Assembly (NCBI GenBank): GCA_031286205.1
Contig: JAITUR010000003.1
Span: 71,697 to 135,696 of the forward strand
Source: Treponema sp.
Lineage (GTDB): Bacteria; Spirochaetota; Spirochaetia; Treponematales; Breznakiellaceae
Reading direction: 5' to 3'
Length of the DNA: 64,000 bases
The notes under the pieces: model-generated
Told to the model about the DNA's origin: nothing
Database searches by the model: none
The model's input: the letters and a program-made list of their open reading frames with translations, nothing else
Translations under genes and position numbers: made by a program
In this document: one piece after another, positions 9,847 through 19,097 of the stretch
Numbering within the stretch: position 1 is the stretch's first letter
Layout of the letters: each line of letters opens with the position of its first letter

Positions 9847-11217
9847 CTAAATTGTCTGTAAAATATTAAAAAAACCGGGATAGGTAACTTGGGCGCTTTC
9901 TGCACTGGTTATTTCCACAGGACTCTGCCCCCCAAGGGCGGCAACGGCAAGAGCCATAACCACACGGTGGTCGCCATGCCCCTCCAACAGAGGGACAGAG
10001 CTTGAATTTTTGGGGTTTTCCAAACCGCCTTTGCCGTGAATAACGAGTCCGTCCGGTTTTTCCGTGCATTTTACCCCCAATTTAGCCAATTCCTGAGCCA
10101 TTACAGCGATACGGTCGGTTTCTTTAATGCGGGCATGGGCAACATTGGTTAAAACTGTATCTCCATTTGCATAGGCTGCTACCGCCGCCGCCGCAGGAAG
10201 CATATCCGGGGTTTTATTCAGGTTAAAAGTACCCCCTTTTAGGGGTTTACTGCGGGAAATTACAACGCTATTCCCGGTATTTTCGGGGACAGAGCTGTCT
10301 TTCGGGCTAGACCAGCTAACCTCGCAGCCCATTTCCTGCAGCATTTCCAGAAAAAACTTGTCTCCCTGAGTATCTTGAGGGTCTAAGCCATAAAGGGTAG
10401 CAATACCGCCTGTAATTGCGGCAGCGGCAGCGGGGAATGCCGCCGAAGAAAAGTCGCCGGGGACAGAGCTTGTAAAAGATTTATACGAATACCCGCCATT
10501 TACAACAAAATACCCCGAATTGGGGTTTTCCTGCCCGGCGGCAGGGACAGAGCTAAAAAAATCGGCTTTATAGGGTATTCCTTGCGCCTTTAAATAGGAA
10601 AGAGTCATCTCTATATATGGAAGCTCGTTAAGCAAAGGGACATTAATTTCGGTTTTTGCGCCTGCGGGGGCAAGAGGAGCGGCTATCAACATTGCCGATA
10701 AATACTGGCTTGTGGGGCATGACAGAACAACCTTGCCGCCTGCCCAGGGACCCTGCACCGTAATTGGAGCGCAGCCATTATTACTTTGACATTTAACGCC
10801 AATGCTGGCAAGCGCTTCCAGTAATGGGGCGGCACTGCGTTTTTGGATTTGTTCGTCGCCGGTAAATTGAATGGGATTGTTTTGCAGTCCGGCAAGCGCA
10901 AGCGCAAGATACAGGGTTGTTCCCGAATTTCCGACATCAATTTTATTTTCAGTTCGATGCCCGCTGTCCCTAAAATTGGCATTGCCTTTAACTATCAATT
11001 TGATAAGATTTTCTCCGTCATATTGTTCATCTATTTGCGCGCCAAATACACGGCAGGCAGAAATACAGGAACGGGTATCCAGGGAATCCAGCGGGCAGAG
11101 AATTTCGGATATACCGTCCGCAAGAGAGGCAATTAACAGTTGTCTTATTGTATGCGATTTAGAAGCGGGGATTCTGACAATGCCGGAAAATTTTTGCGGG
11201 CTAATGCGGACTATCAA
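9847..11217 (-). CDS. aroA: 3-phosphoshikimate 1-carboxyvinyltransferase (EPSP synthase)
   Basis: 456 aa. N-terminal GIVRIPASKSHTIRQLLIASLADG and VGNSGTTLYLALALAG motifs. C-terminal ARIKETDRIAVMAQELAKLG. The apparent start is TTG, overlapping the upstream TGA (TTGA). Confidence 0.9.
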   Translation of the reverse strand: MIVRISPQKFSGIVRIPASKSHTIRQLLIASLADGISEILCPLDSLDTRSCISACRVFGAQIDEQYDGENLIKLIVKGNANFRDSGHRTENKIDVGNSGTTLYLALALAGLQNNPIQFTGDEQIQKRSAAPLLEALASIGVKCQSNNGCAPITVQGPWAGGKVVLSCPTSQYLSAMLIAAPLAPAGAKTEINVPLLNELPYIEMTLSYLKAQGIPYKADFFSSVPAAGQENPNSGYFVVNGGYSYKSFTSSVPGDFSSAAFPAAAAAITGGIATLYGLDPQDTQGDKFFLEMLQEMGCEVSWSSPKDSSVPENTGNSVVISRSKPLKGGTFNLNKTPDMLPAAAAVAAYANGDTVLTNVAHARIKETDRIAVMAQELAKLGVKCTEKPDGLVIHGKGGLENPKNSSSVPLLEGHGDHRVVMALAVAALGGQSPVEITSAESAQVTYPGFFNILQTI

Positions 11218-12197
11218 AACAAAAGCCCATCCGTTTTATTGTATTCGAAAATATCCCAGGCTTTGGAATAGAAGGGATCGTTATTAACATAATCGCCGGG
11301 AATAATATCAGAAATTACGCCGGGAACTGCCTGAAACATTTCGCAAAACAACGCTCGTTTTTCCGTAAGAAACTCAATAAAACTCCAGGCAGCATCCGAA
11401 TTTGCGCTGTTTATTCCAATACCTGCATAGATTCCTGTAAGATTGATATTATACCTGCCGACAGAACCGTCTGTTGCGGTCGGTATCGATGTTAAACTAA
11501 ATTCATTATCTTCCAATCTTTCCCTTAAAAAAGAAATTGCACGGGTAGAGGCGGTTATAAGGGCTGCATTTCCCTGTACAAAATCTTCCAGTTTTTGCTT
11601 TTCCGGTTTATTGTTTTCCGGCGCGGAAAGATCGTCTGTATAAATACCGCTGTCTTGTACGGTTCTTGAATAAATAATATATTCCCCTCTTGTTCTTGGC
11701 GGGCGGTCAAATCCGGCAGCCGACAAAATATTAATATTATAAAAAAGGACATCCATAAAAGATACCAGAGGGATTGCAAAAATTATGTCTTCGGAATCAT
11801 TTTCTATATAGGAGTTTAGAGGGGCAAGCGAGGCGGCTTCGTCTAGGGAATCGGAGTTATCGTAAATAATTATATCGGGTTCTCTTTCGGGTTGATTTTT
11901 ATCGGTCTGTGCAGGAAGTATACGCACACGAATATCGGGGTTTGCCTCGTTAAATTCGCGCAGCAGGTTTTCTGCCATTGTTTTGCCGAACAGTTCTTCG
12001 AAACGGGGCGAAATATACAGATTTGCAAGCCGGATATCCGCGCTTATTTTATTAACAAGCATGATAATAAAGGGGGTAATTATTACAATAAACAGGGTAA
12101 TAAGCAGAAAAATATCGATTCGCTCTGTGGAATGTCTCGACTTTTCCCCGCTTTTAGTGCTACGCTTAAATATGTTTGGTAATTTCAGAAGGTTCAT
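11214..12197 (-). CDS. Membrane-anchored solute-binding-protein-like protein
   Basis: I trimmed the track ORF (379 aa) to ATG 12197 (MNLLKLPNIFKRS...). This avoids an antisense overlap and places the TM anchor IFLLITLFIVIITPFIIMLV near the N-terminus. The remainder is SBP-like (LLREFNEANPDIRVRILP...PDIIIYDN). Confidence 0.55.
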   Translation of the reverse strand: MNLLKLPNIFKRSTKSGEKSRHSTERIDIFLLITLFIVIITPFIIMLVNKISADIRLANLYISPRFEELFGKTMAENLLREFNEANPDIRVRILPAQTDKNQPEREPDIIIYDNSDSLDEAASLAPLNSYIENDSEDIIFAIPLVSFMDVLFYNINILSAAGFDRPPRTRGEYIIYSRTVQDSGIYTDDLSAPENNKPEKQKLEDFVQGNAALITASTRAISFLRERLEDNEFSLTSIPTATDGSVGRYNINLTGIYAGIGINSANSDAAWSFIEFLTEKRALFCEMFQAVPGVISDIIPGDYVNNDPFYSKAWDIFEYNKTDGLLF

Positions 12198-13782
12198 GTA
12201 TGCTCTCTCCAATAAAATCTTCCAGAGGGATCCTGACGGAAAACCGGAAGCAAGGCTGGTTGTGGACTTTACCAAAGCAAAGTTTGCCCTGACAAAACAA
12301 CATCCTTTTAATATTAAATCAGAAGATTCGTATAATGTCAGCCTGTCTGACAATGCTCTTAGCCTGGGGTTAAAAAAAACAAACTTAATTGCCTATACGG
12401 ATATCCCCAAAATTGAGTATCAGGATCATGTTATCGATGCAAAAATAAGGCTGGACAGCATGGGCGGTTATGCGTCTACAGGTATTATTTTTCGCATTAT
12501 GAGCCAGGATTCCTACTATATGGCATTGGTATCCAGCAAGGGGTATTTTAGGTTCGATGTTGTAAAAGACGGCGCTCCCCGGACTCTTATTGCCTGGACA
12601 GAAATTGCAAATTTTGACGGATCAAATATCGACCTAAAAATAATTACTTACGGTTCTTACCTTATTTTTACAGTTAATGGAACATGGGTTGCGGAAATTA
12701 GCGACGATTCTATCCAAAACGGCACTCTTGGTTTTGTCGCAGCTTCGTATGATACCGACTATGATACCGGCGCTGCCAAAAAGAACAGCAAATATACCTG
12801 TGCAGCGTATTTGAATTATATAAGTATAGATGCTCGTGTCAGCGCAATAGAAAATGAATTTAAAAAATGGACAAGCGACACAAGCATTAATGCGGACAGC
12901 CGCCTAAGACTTGCGGAAACTTTTGCGGTAATGGATAAACCTGCAAAGGCAATGGATCAAATTAACAGGGCATGGAAACGCAGAGACGATGTTATTCGCG
13001 GTATTGCAACAACTTACACGGAAGCCAGAACAAAAAAAGAACTTTTACTTGCCAGCCGAATGTCTTTTCGTCTTGGACAATTTAAAGAGGCGCTTGAATA
13101 TATTGATTCTCTTATAGAACAATGGCCTGCATCTCCGGAAGGAAAGCTTGCATTTGCAGAAAAAATTAAAATACTAAACGAACTTGATATGTTTGAAGAC
13201 CTAAAAGAATTTTTACAAAGTCAGGCGGATAAACTGGAAAAAGATATTGATTACTACATAATGTATGCGCGCTGCTGCTTCGAGCTAAAAGAATACAGGG
13301 CATCGGCAAATGCATGGAAAGAAGCTTATAAAATGAACAGAGAAAACGGCGTTTATGCCGCCAATGCCGCAAACTCTCTGGAACAAATGGGCAGAAAAAA
13401 AGAGGCAGCCGCCTTTTATCTTGAAGCAGGAAAAAATTTTCTTAGACAAGACAATAATGCCGAACTTGAAGTTTTAATTCCGAAGATATTAACAATTGGC
13501 AAAGATAATTGGGAAGCTCATGGGTTAGCCGGAAAATGGTATTTTAGCATAGAAGATTACGACAACTGCAACAAAGAATTTGTTAAAGCGGAAAAACTTA
13601 GAATAGAAAAAAAACCAAGACCTGCGGCAGACCCTGCGCTTTATTATTTATGGGGACTGGTTTATTTTATTAAAAACAAGAAAAAAGACGCTGTCCGTCT
13701 TTTGGAAAAAGCTGTTAAACTTGCTCCGGACTATGAATTGTTTAGCGAAAAACTGAAAGAAATAAAAAATGCAAATAATTAA
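12196..13782 (+). CDS. Concanavalin/LamG-like jelly-roll domain protein with C-terminal TPR repeats
   Basis: I trimmed the track ORF (599 aa) to ATG 12196 (MYALSNKIFQRD...). The N-terminal ~230 aa are beta-rich, with GIIFRIMSQDSYYMALVSSKGYFRFDVV and GTLGFVAASYD, a DUF1080/LamG-like pattern. The C-terminal half consists of TPR-like helices. No signal peptide. Confidence 0.6.
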   Translation: MYALSNKIFQRDPDGKPEARLVVDFTKAKFALTKQHPFNIKSEDSYNVSLSDNALSLGLKKTNLIAYTDIPKIEYQDHVIDAKIRLDSMGGYASTGIIFRIMSQDSYYMALVSSKGYFRFDVVKDGAPRTLIAWTEIANFDGSNIDLKIITYGSYLIFTVNGTWVAEISDDSIQNGTLGFVAASYDTDYDTGAAKKNSKYTCAAYLNYISIDARVSAIENEFKKWTSDTSINADSRLRLAETFAVMDKPAKAMDQINRAWKRRDDVIRGIATTYTEARTKKELLLASRMSFRLGQFKEALEYIDSLIEQWPASPEGKLAFAEKIKILNELDMFEDLKEFLQSQADKLEKDIDYYIMYARCCFELKEYRASANAWKEAYKMNRENGVYAANAANSLEQMGRKKEAAAFYLEAGKNFLRQDNNAELEVLIPKILTIGKDNWEAHGLAGKWYFSIEDYDNCNKEFVKAEKLRIEKKPRPAADPALYYLWGLVYFIKNKKKDAVRLLEKAVKLAPDYELFSEKLKEIKNANN

Positions 13783-14317
13783 TTGGAATGAATTTTTAGA
13801 GCGCGGACTTCCTTCCGGCAAAGCATCCATGACGGTGGGGGTTTTTGACGGTGTCCACAAAGGGCACAAAGCTTTAATCGAACAAATATTGCCTAAGAAT
13901 GTGCGCAACACCGTGCCTGTGGTAATTACATTTAGGGAACCTGTATACAAGAGCGAAAAAATTCCGTTTATTATTCAATCTTTCGAAGAAAAAGCCGCTG
14001 CTTTAGAGGCACTTGGCGTAGAGGTGTTAATCGTTATTGATTTTACGGAAGATTTTAGCCGCATGACGGGCAGGGAGTTTTTGGAAACATTGCTTGCCCA
14101 TGCGGAGATTGGCTTTTTTGCAGTAGGCTCTAACTTCCGCTGTGGCTGCGGGCTGGACACAGATGCAAAAGCAATCCGCGATTTTTTTACGGATAAGGGT
14201 ATTCCTGTAGAAATTGTGCCGGAAGTTCTTTACAACGGATTTCCAATAAGCTCCAGCAGGATACGAACAGCACTTGCGGAAGGCGATATCGAGTTGGCGG
14301 AAGTATTGATTGGGTAG
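13769..14317 (+). CDS. FMN adenylyltransferase (FAD synthetase) domain protein lacking the riboflavin kinase domain
   Basis: 182 aa. Carries the RibF N-terminal nucleotidyltransferase motifs MTVGVFDGVHKGHKALI, GSNFRCG and SSSRIRTALAEGDIELA. The ORF ends where bifunctional RibF would continue into the kinase domain. 14-nt overlap with the upstream gene. Confidence 0.8.
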   Translation: MQIINWNEFLERGLPSGKASMTVGVFDGVHKGHKALIEQILPKNVRNTVPVVITFREPVYKSEKIPFIIQSFEEKAAALEALGVEVLIVIDFTEDFSRMTGREFLETLLAHAEIGFFAVGSNFRCGCGLDTDAKAIRDFFTDKGIPVEIVPEVLYNGFPISSSRIRTALAEGDIELAEVLIG

Positions 14318-14396
14318 TATTTTTAATTTAATTTGTCTTTATATTTCACCTAACCGTCACCATGCGGCATCAAACTTTTTCCAACAAACACGCACA

Positions 14397-16034
14397 CTAT
14401 AAATTAAGGATCTTTGTTAATTCCATTATCAATTCGGAAATAATTAGATCCCATTCAGGCAGTTCCGGCAGGTGAGCGCCTTCGGCGGGGACTGTTACGG
14501 ACGGATATACTTCCCATGCCGATCTTATAGGGTGTAATGCCGCATCTGTACCTGCATTTCTCCATTGCCGCGCTCCCACACGCCATGCACGGACAAATCC
14601 TTCGTCGGGGATTGTTATTTCTACAGGCAGCCAGCGTTTGCCGTCCAGCTCGATTATTTCAGTGCTGTTTAGGTTCCAGGAATTATCGCCCACTTCGAAT
14701 GCAATATAAATATGTCCGGGTATCGTAATAAAGGCACTTTCTATATCGAGCGCTTCCAGCAGCGAGCAGAACAGAATCGAAAGATACGAACAGTCGCCGC
14801 CGCGATAGTACAAAGCCTGATAAGGAAAACTGACATTATCTAATACAGATTCATCTGCAGAAACATTTACAAAGGATGTAGCGGGAACAACAACATAGCT
14901 AATGCCATACAGGCGCAAAGCCTCGAACAAAGCTGCGGCATAAATAATATTTTCCGGCATATTTGCCAATCTATTATTTCTTGTTTTTAACTTTTTACTT
15001 TCTACTGCGGCGGCAACATATCGCGAAAAATATCGGACTGTAAAATCATTGGGGGAAACAAAAGCCGCAGCCCGCCGGTCATCATCCCACGAAAGGGTGT
15101 TACGGTGAAATATCGGCATTTGTATTGCAGAGCTTGTTTCTTTCCGTGTACCTAAACTGCGGTACTGTATTTGCAAAACACCATTTGCATTTACGGTTTC
15201 TGTTAAATTCATCATGGCTGAATTAAATAAAGCTGTTACAGGAACCTCGGCGCTTTCGCCCGGCGCAAGGTGCGGCAGGACGGCAAAAGTCCAGGGCTGG
15301 CTCATGTAACTGTCCATAAAAAAAGAAAGTTTTACATCGGTAATGGCATTGGGCTCCTCGTTTGTTACTTTTACCATTGCAACAGGATTATTTTCGTACC
15401 ATGCCCACGAAACAGGAAAAATTCTATACTGATCTGTTTTTTCAATTTTGATTCTTGCTCTGCCGCCCATTGTTTCAGACAAGTTAAGCCTTAACCCCAA
15501 AGCTGCGCTAAAAGAAGTTAAAGGTTCTGCGTTCCCTGAGCGTTCGCTAAAAACCCTGTAAGCATAACCGCCGTTTGCAAATAACGAAAAATAAGGAGAC
15601 AAATTGAATTCAAAACCAAGAGCGGACGAAAGCAAAGGATTAACCGCGCTTTTTCCATCTCTGGAATACAGATACACTCCGCCATAAGCCCCTGCGCGGA
15701 AAGCCAAGCGGTCGAGCGTACCCATTTTGGAATAAGGCCGCCACCGCAAAAGCAATCCTGCCCTGCCTTCCAGCAAAGTAAGCGGATCGCCTACTGCAAA
15801 AGGCAAAGATGCAAAAGAACCTTCCGCGCTTATACCAAAATCCAATCTGGCTTTAGTTCTAAACATCCAATCAAAAGAAGCTATTGCTCCTAAACCGGGA
15901 CTGAATTCCTGAATACTTATTGGCGCTTCGACAGCGGGAGCAATGCGCAAAGAAAATTCGCTTTCTGCAAAAAGAAGGAAAGAAGAAACAAAGAATATAA
16001 AAATAATTAATATTTTATTTAACCAAAAACCCAC
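14397..16034 (-). CDS. Secreted protein: N-terminal barrel-like domain, Ig-like middle domain, transglutaminase-like C-terminal domain (Cys-His-Glu retained)
   Basis: 545 aa with a GTG start 3 nt after the cyclase stop. Signal peptide ILIIFIFFVSSFLLFA. Alternating aromatic/Gly beta-strand pattern for ~190 aa. The motif GGDCSYLSILFCSLLEALDIESAFITIPGHIYIAF...WLPVE resembles the transglutaminase-like cysteine protease core. Paralog of 19098..21110. Confidence 0.6.
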   Translation of the reverse strand: MGFWLNKILIIFIFFVSSFLLFAESEFSLRIAPAVEAPISIQEFSPGLGAIASFDWMFRTKARLDFGISAEGSFASLPFAVGDPLTLLEGRAGLLLRWRPYSKMGTLDRLAFRAGAYGGVYLYSRDGKSAVNPLLSSALGFEFNLSPYFSLFANGGYAYRVFSERSGNAEPLTSFSAALGLRLNLSETMGGRARIKIEKTDQYRIFPVSWAWYENNPVAMVKVTNEEPNAITDVKLSFFMDSYMSQPWTFAVLPHLAPGESAEVPVTALFNSAMMNLTETVNANGVLQIQYRSLGTRKETSSAIQMPIFHRNTLSWDDDRRAAAFVSPNDFTVRYFSRYVAAAVESKKLKTRNNRLANMPENIIYAAALFEALRLYGISYVVVPATSFVNVSADESVLDNVSFPYQALYYRGGDCSYLSILFCSLLEALDIESAFITIPGHIYIAFEVGDNSWNLNSTEIIELDGKRWLPVEITIPDEGFVRAWRVGARQWRNAGTDAALHPIRSAWEVYPSVTVPAEGAHLPELPEWDLIISELIMELTKILNL

Positions 16035-16037
16035 TTT

Positions 16038-18623
16038 TTACTTCTCCGTTAAATTTCTTACTGCGTCCCAGTTTAAAGGCGGAGGATTCTGAATACATGC
16101 CTTACAGCGTTCTACATACATTTCCGCAGTCTTGTCGCTTGGATTACTTTTCATTATGGAAAAAAACAGCCTGCCTGCATCATTGAATTTTCTTTCTTCG
16201 TAAAAATCCATCGCTTTTTCCCAATTATCCATTTTGCCATTTTCATCGTTCATTCCTAAAAGTTCGTACAACCTTAGCGGTGTGTCAATTCCGACAACCC
16301 GTACACGGTCTAGGCGGCGCAATAAAAATTCATCGCCTATTTTGTTTCGGGTGTATTCGCTGATTAATATGCCGCCGGTGTGGTATTGATTATTTACACT
16401 TTCCAGGCGCGCGGCAAGATTAACCGCATTGCCCATTATTGTGTAGTCCATCTTATTTTCCGCGCCCATATTTCCTACTACCATATCGCCTGTGTTTATA
16501 CCAATGCGGGTAAATATTTTTACAGGAGACAAACCTTCTTCCAGTACAGTTTTGTTTAATTCTCTTTCTGCCGCCTTCATTGCAATAGCGCTGCGACAGG
16601 CAAGAGCGGCATGGTCTGCACGGAATATAGGCGCACCGTAGAATGCAACTATTGCATCCCCTATGTATTTATCTATTGTACCCATATTTTCCATAACGAT
16701 ATTGCTCATTAATGTCAGATAACGGTTAAGCAATCTTACAAGATGGGCGGGATCTAGTTGTTCGGAAATTGTAGAAAAACCCTTAATGTCGGTAAAGATT
16801 GCTGTCATTTCGCGTTTCTCGCCGCCAAGATTCAGTTTAACAGGATCATTAATAAGCTCGGTTATTATTTCCGGCGCAAGGTAGCGGGAAAAAGCATTGT
16901 GCAAAAAAGCCTTTTCGTGGCTTGTGGTTAAAAATTTACTAATCATTATGGTTAAAAATGATAAAGTTACGGCAGCCAGCGGAACCGCAAGTCCAAGATA
17001 TATTTTACTTACAACAAAGAAAAATCCAAACAAAGCGCATAAAAGAATAATGCCGAATAAACCCGTTAATATTGACAGGTGAGTATCAAGGCGGGTTACA
17101 ATAAAACCTGTTAAAAGCGAATACAGAAAAGCAATAATTGCAGGTATTAACCAGTGAACATCTACAAGAAAATCCCCTGCAAGCAGCATATTGGCAAGAA
17201 CTGCGTAGCTGCCGACATTGGGATAATTTTTTTCAAAGGGTACAATACTATGATCTGTCATTGATGTTGCATCGGAACCGATAACGCTAAAACTGCCGTA
17301 TAAAACCTCGGCATCCTTGCGAATTACCAACAGGCGTTCGAATTGTTCGCGGCAGACATCAAACAACTCCCGCACTAAATCCGCTGTCTCGGGATACTCC
17401 TCTACATCGGCAAGAACGGCATCTTCATAATGACCATTAAGAAAAGTTTTAAATGTATAAAAGAACAACTGCCGCGCAAGAAGCCAATTATCGCTTGCGG
17501 CAAAATTTCCGGCAAGTTCTTTGTTCTTAATTTCCTCGGCTTTAATATAATATTCCCAAGGGGTAAGAAGCTCTGATTCGGCGCCTTCGATGCCATCGTC
17601 CTCGATGCCATCGCCCTCGATGCCGCCGTCCCAATAAAAGAAAAGCCCTAAATCGTTCATAAGGCTGATGTTTTGCGCCAGCACGGGCTCCAGCATAATA
17701 TGCTGAATAAGCGAAACAAGCGACATTGTATTATATTCGTTAAAAGATTTTTTTGGCCACCTGTAAAGCACAGTTCCATCCTGCGCCCGTGGAATTCGCA
17801 AAGTTCCGCCGTCATTTAAATTCAGGGTAATTGCCTTATTTGTTATTGATACTGTGTCATAACCCAGCTTTTCCTGTATTGCCGCAAGCGTTAGTTGTTT
17901 GTAATAATTATCCTGATATTTCCACATAAGATTTACACGCCGCCTAATTCCGTCAGAATCGGGGCCGGCGTTTACAAATCCTGCGCCTCTTGCACGGCTT
18001 AAAAGTTTTTGGATCGACGGTATAACAGCGGCTGACGAAGGCGTTTTTGTATCGCCATAACTAAAAACATCTTGCGCCGCAAGAAATTCCGCTAAATAGC
18101 GATCTGTTTCCTTATTTGTTATTACATCATCGTCTATAAAAACTTCGGGAGGCAGCATGGTAAGCGTAAGCCACGAGGAGCCGCTAAAAGCCAGAGCCTT
18201 GGCAAAGTATTCGTCTACATCCCTGCCCAACAACGGAATTACGGACACCGCAGAATCCAAATCTGCAATACCGGAATTAAGATGTTGAATAAACAAATCC
18301 ACGGCGTACTGGGGGCAAAAGCGTTCTGCGCTTTCGTCAAGATAACTTAAGTCAAAAACAATTGACTCTACTCCAAGTTCTTTTAACAAAATAATAACAT
18401 CGGCCATAACCTCGCGCCTGAACGGAAACCCTCCGGCATATTCCATCGAAGCATCGTCAAGCGTAAGGACAAACACCTTTTCGTTTTCGGCAAGCGGCGG
18501 CAGTAAACGCAAAAACAAATCAAACAGCTTGTTGTCAAGAGAAGTAAAAAACAACAGCGAAGAAACAAAACAAGCCGCAAGAACTGCCAGGAGGAACGGC
18601 TTGTTTCGGTTAACCTTACTCAT
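16038..18623 (-). CDS. CHASE2 sensor domain-containing class III adenylate/guanylate cyclase
   Basis: 861 aa. N-terminal TM helix followed by a CHASE2-like periplasmic region (VFVLTLDDASMEYAGGFPFRREVMADVIILLKELGVESIVFDLSYLDE). Three TM helices. Cyclase core: EMTAIFTDIKGFSTISE, DKYIGDAIVAFYGAP, GINTGDMVVGNMG, YTIMGNAVNLAARLES. TPR-like tail. Confidence 0.85.
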   Translation of the reverse strand: MSKVNRNKPFLLAVLAACFVSSLLFFTSLDNKLFDLFLRLLPPLAENEKVFVLTLDDASMEYAGGFPFRREVMADVIILLKELGVESIVFDLSYLDESAERFCPQYAVDLFIQHLNSGIADLDSAVSVIPLLGRDVDEYFAKALAFSGSSWLTLTMLPPEVFIDDDVITNKETDRYLAEFLAAQDVFSYGDTKTPSSAAVIPSIQKLLSRARGAGFVNAGPDSDGIRRRVNLMWKYQDNYYKQLTLAAIQEKLGYDTVSITNKAITLNLNDGGTLRIPRAQDGTVLYRWPKKSFNEYNTMSLVSLIQHIMLEPVLAQNISLMNDLGLFFYWDGGIEGDGIEDDGIEGAESELLTPWEYYIKAEEIKNKELAGNFAASDNWLLARQLFFYTFKTFLNGHYEDAVLADVEEYPETADLVRELFDVCREQFERLLVIRKDAEVLYGSFSVIGSDATSMTDHSIVPFEKNYPNVGSYAVLANMLLAGDFLVDVHWLIPAIIAFLYSLLTGFIVTRLDTHLSILTGLFGIILLCALFGFFFVVSKIYLGLAVPLAAVTLSFLTIMISKFLTTSHEKAFLHNAFSRYLAPEIITELINDPVKLNLGGEKREMTAIFTDIKGFSTISEQLDPAHLVRLLNRYLTLMSNIVMENMGTIDKYIGDAIVAFYGAPIFRADHAALACRSAIAMKAAERELNKTVLEEGLSPVKIFTRIGINTGDMVVGNMGAENKMDYTIMGNAVNLAARLESVNNQYHTGGILISEYTRNKIGDEFLLRRLDRVRVVGIDTPLRLYELLGMNDENGKMDNWEKAMDFYEERKFNDAGRLFFSIMKSNPSDKTAEMYVERCKACIQNPPPLNWDAVRNLTEK

Positions 18624-19021
18624 TATTCCGCCGCAATATCATTGTCTTCTGCCGCATCGCTTGCCCGCGCGGAAGCGGTTGTAACTTGTCCTGTAGTACG
18701 CGCTGCCGCGCCGGTATCCGTTCGCGCCACATTCCCGTTAATTCGTGTTCCAGAAGCTGTAGAAACTAATTCTCCAACTTTGCCGCTGCGGGCTGCCGGA
18801 ACCGTAAGTGTCCTGCTTCCTTCTCTTACGACAAGAGACGATCCCACGCCGGTATGGATTACAGTATCAGTGCCAAGAGTTTCCCCGGCAACAACATTAA
18901 CCCTTCTGCCGTCAACCTCTTTTTGAACCCGTCCTGTTATGCTCTGCACAGTATAATTTTGTGCCGCGGCAACAGCCGTAACTGCCAATGCAATTACAAT
19001 TACCAAAATGCTTTTCTTCAT
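18623..19021 (-). CDS. Small secreted FecR-domain-like protein
   Basis: 132 aa. Signal peptide ILVIVIALAVTAVAAAQ. FecR-like beta segment VVAGETLGTDTVIHTGVGSSLVVREGSRTLTV. Ala/Thr-rich tail. GGAGA Shine-Dalgarno sequence upstream. The stop overlaps the cyclase ATG (TAATG). Confidence 0.6.
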   Translation of the reverse strand: MKKSILVIVIALAVTAVAAAQNYTVQSITGRVQKEVDGRRVNVVAGETLGTDTVIHTGVGSSLVVREGSRTLTVPAARSGKVGELVSTASGTRINGNVARTDTGAAARTTGQVTTASARASDAAEDNDIAAE

Positions 19022-19065
19022 CTTTAATCTCCGTTTTGCCGCTTAAGCGGCGATGTTAATTGAAA

Positions 19066-19082
19066 TTTCCGCAACGCGGAAA
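19066..19082 (-). terminator. Intra-operon hairpin (possible attenuator or partial terminator)
   Basis: Minus strand reads TTTCCGC-gtt-GCGGAAA followed by TTTCAATT. It lies in the 76-nt gap between the 670-aa gene and the FecR-like gene. A second hairpin, GCCGC-ttaa-GCGGC, is at 19038..19051. Confidence 0.3.
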
Positions 19083-19097
19083 CAAACCCCCTGTGTT

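Noticed and set aside
11983-12353. Long N-terminal extensions of the 599-aa (+) and 379-aa (-) track ORFs, which overlap each other antisense
   Set aside because: The extensions are mutually exclusive and low in information. Internal ATGs at 12196 (+) and 12197 (-) give sensible N-termini, with a TM anchor for the minus-strand gene.
14318-14396. Search for a bidirectional terminator in the convergent gap between the ribF-like gene and the 545-aa gene
   Set aside because: I found no stem of 6 bp or more with a flanking T-run. No feature is called.
18642-18926. 94-aa plus-strand ORF antisense to the FecR-like gene
   Set aside because: It is a shadow of a GC-richer Ala/Thr/Val-coding segment. 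The minus-strand ORF has a signal peptide, a Shine-Dalgarno sequence and operon coupling.
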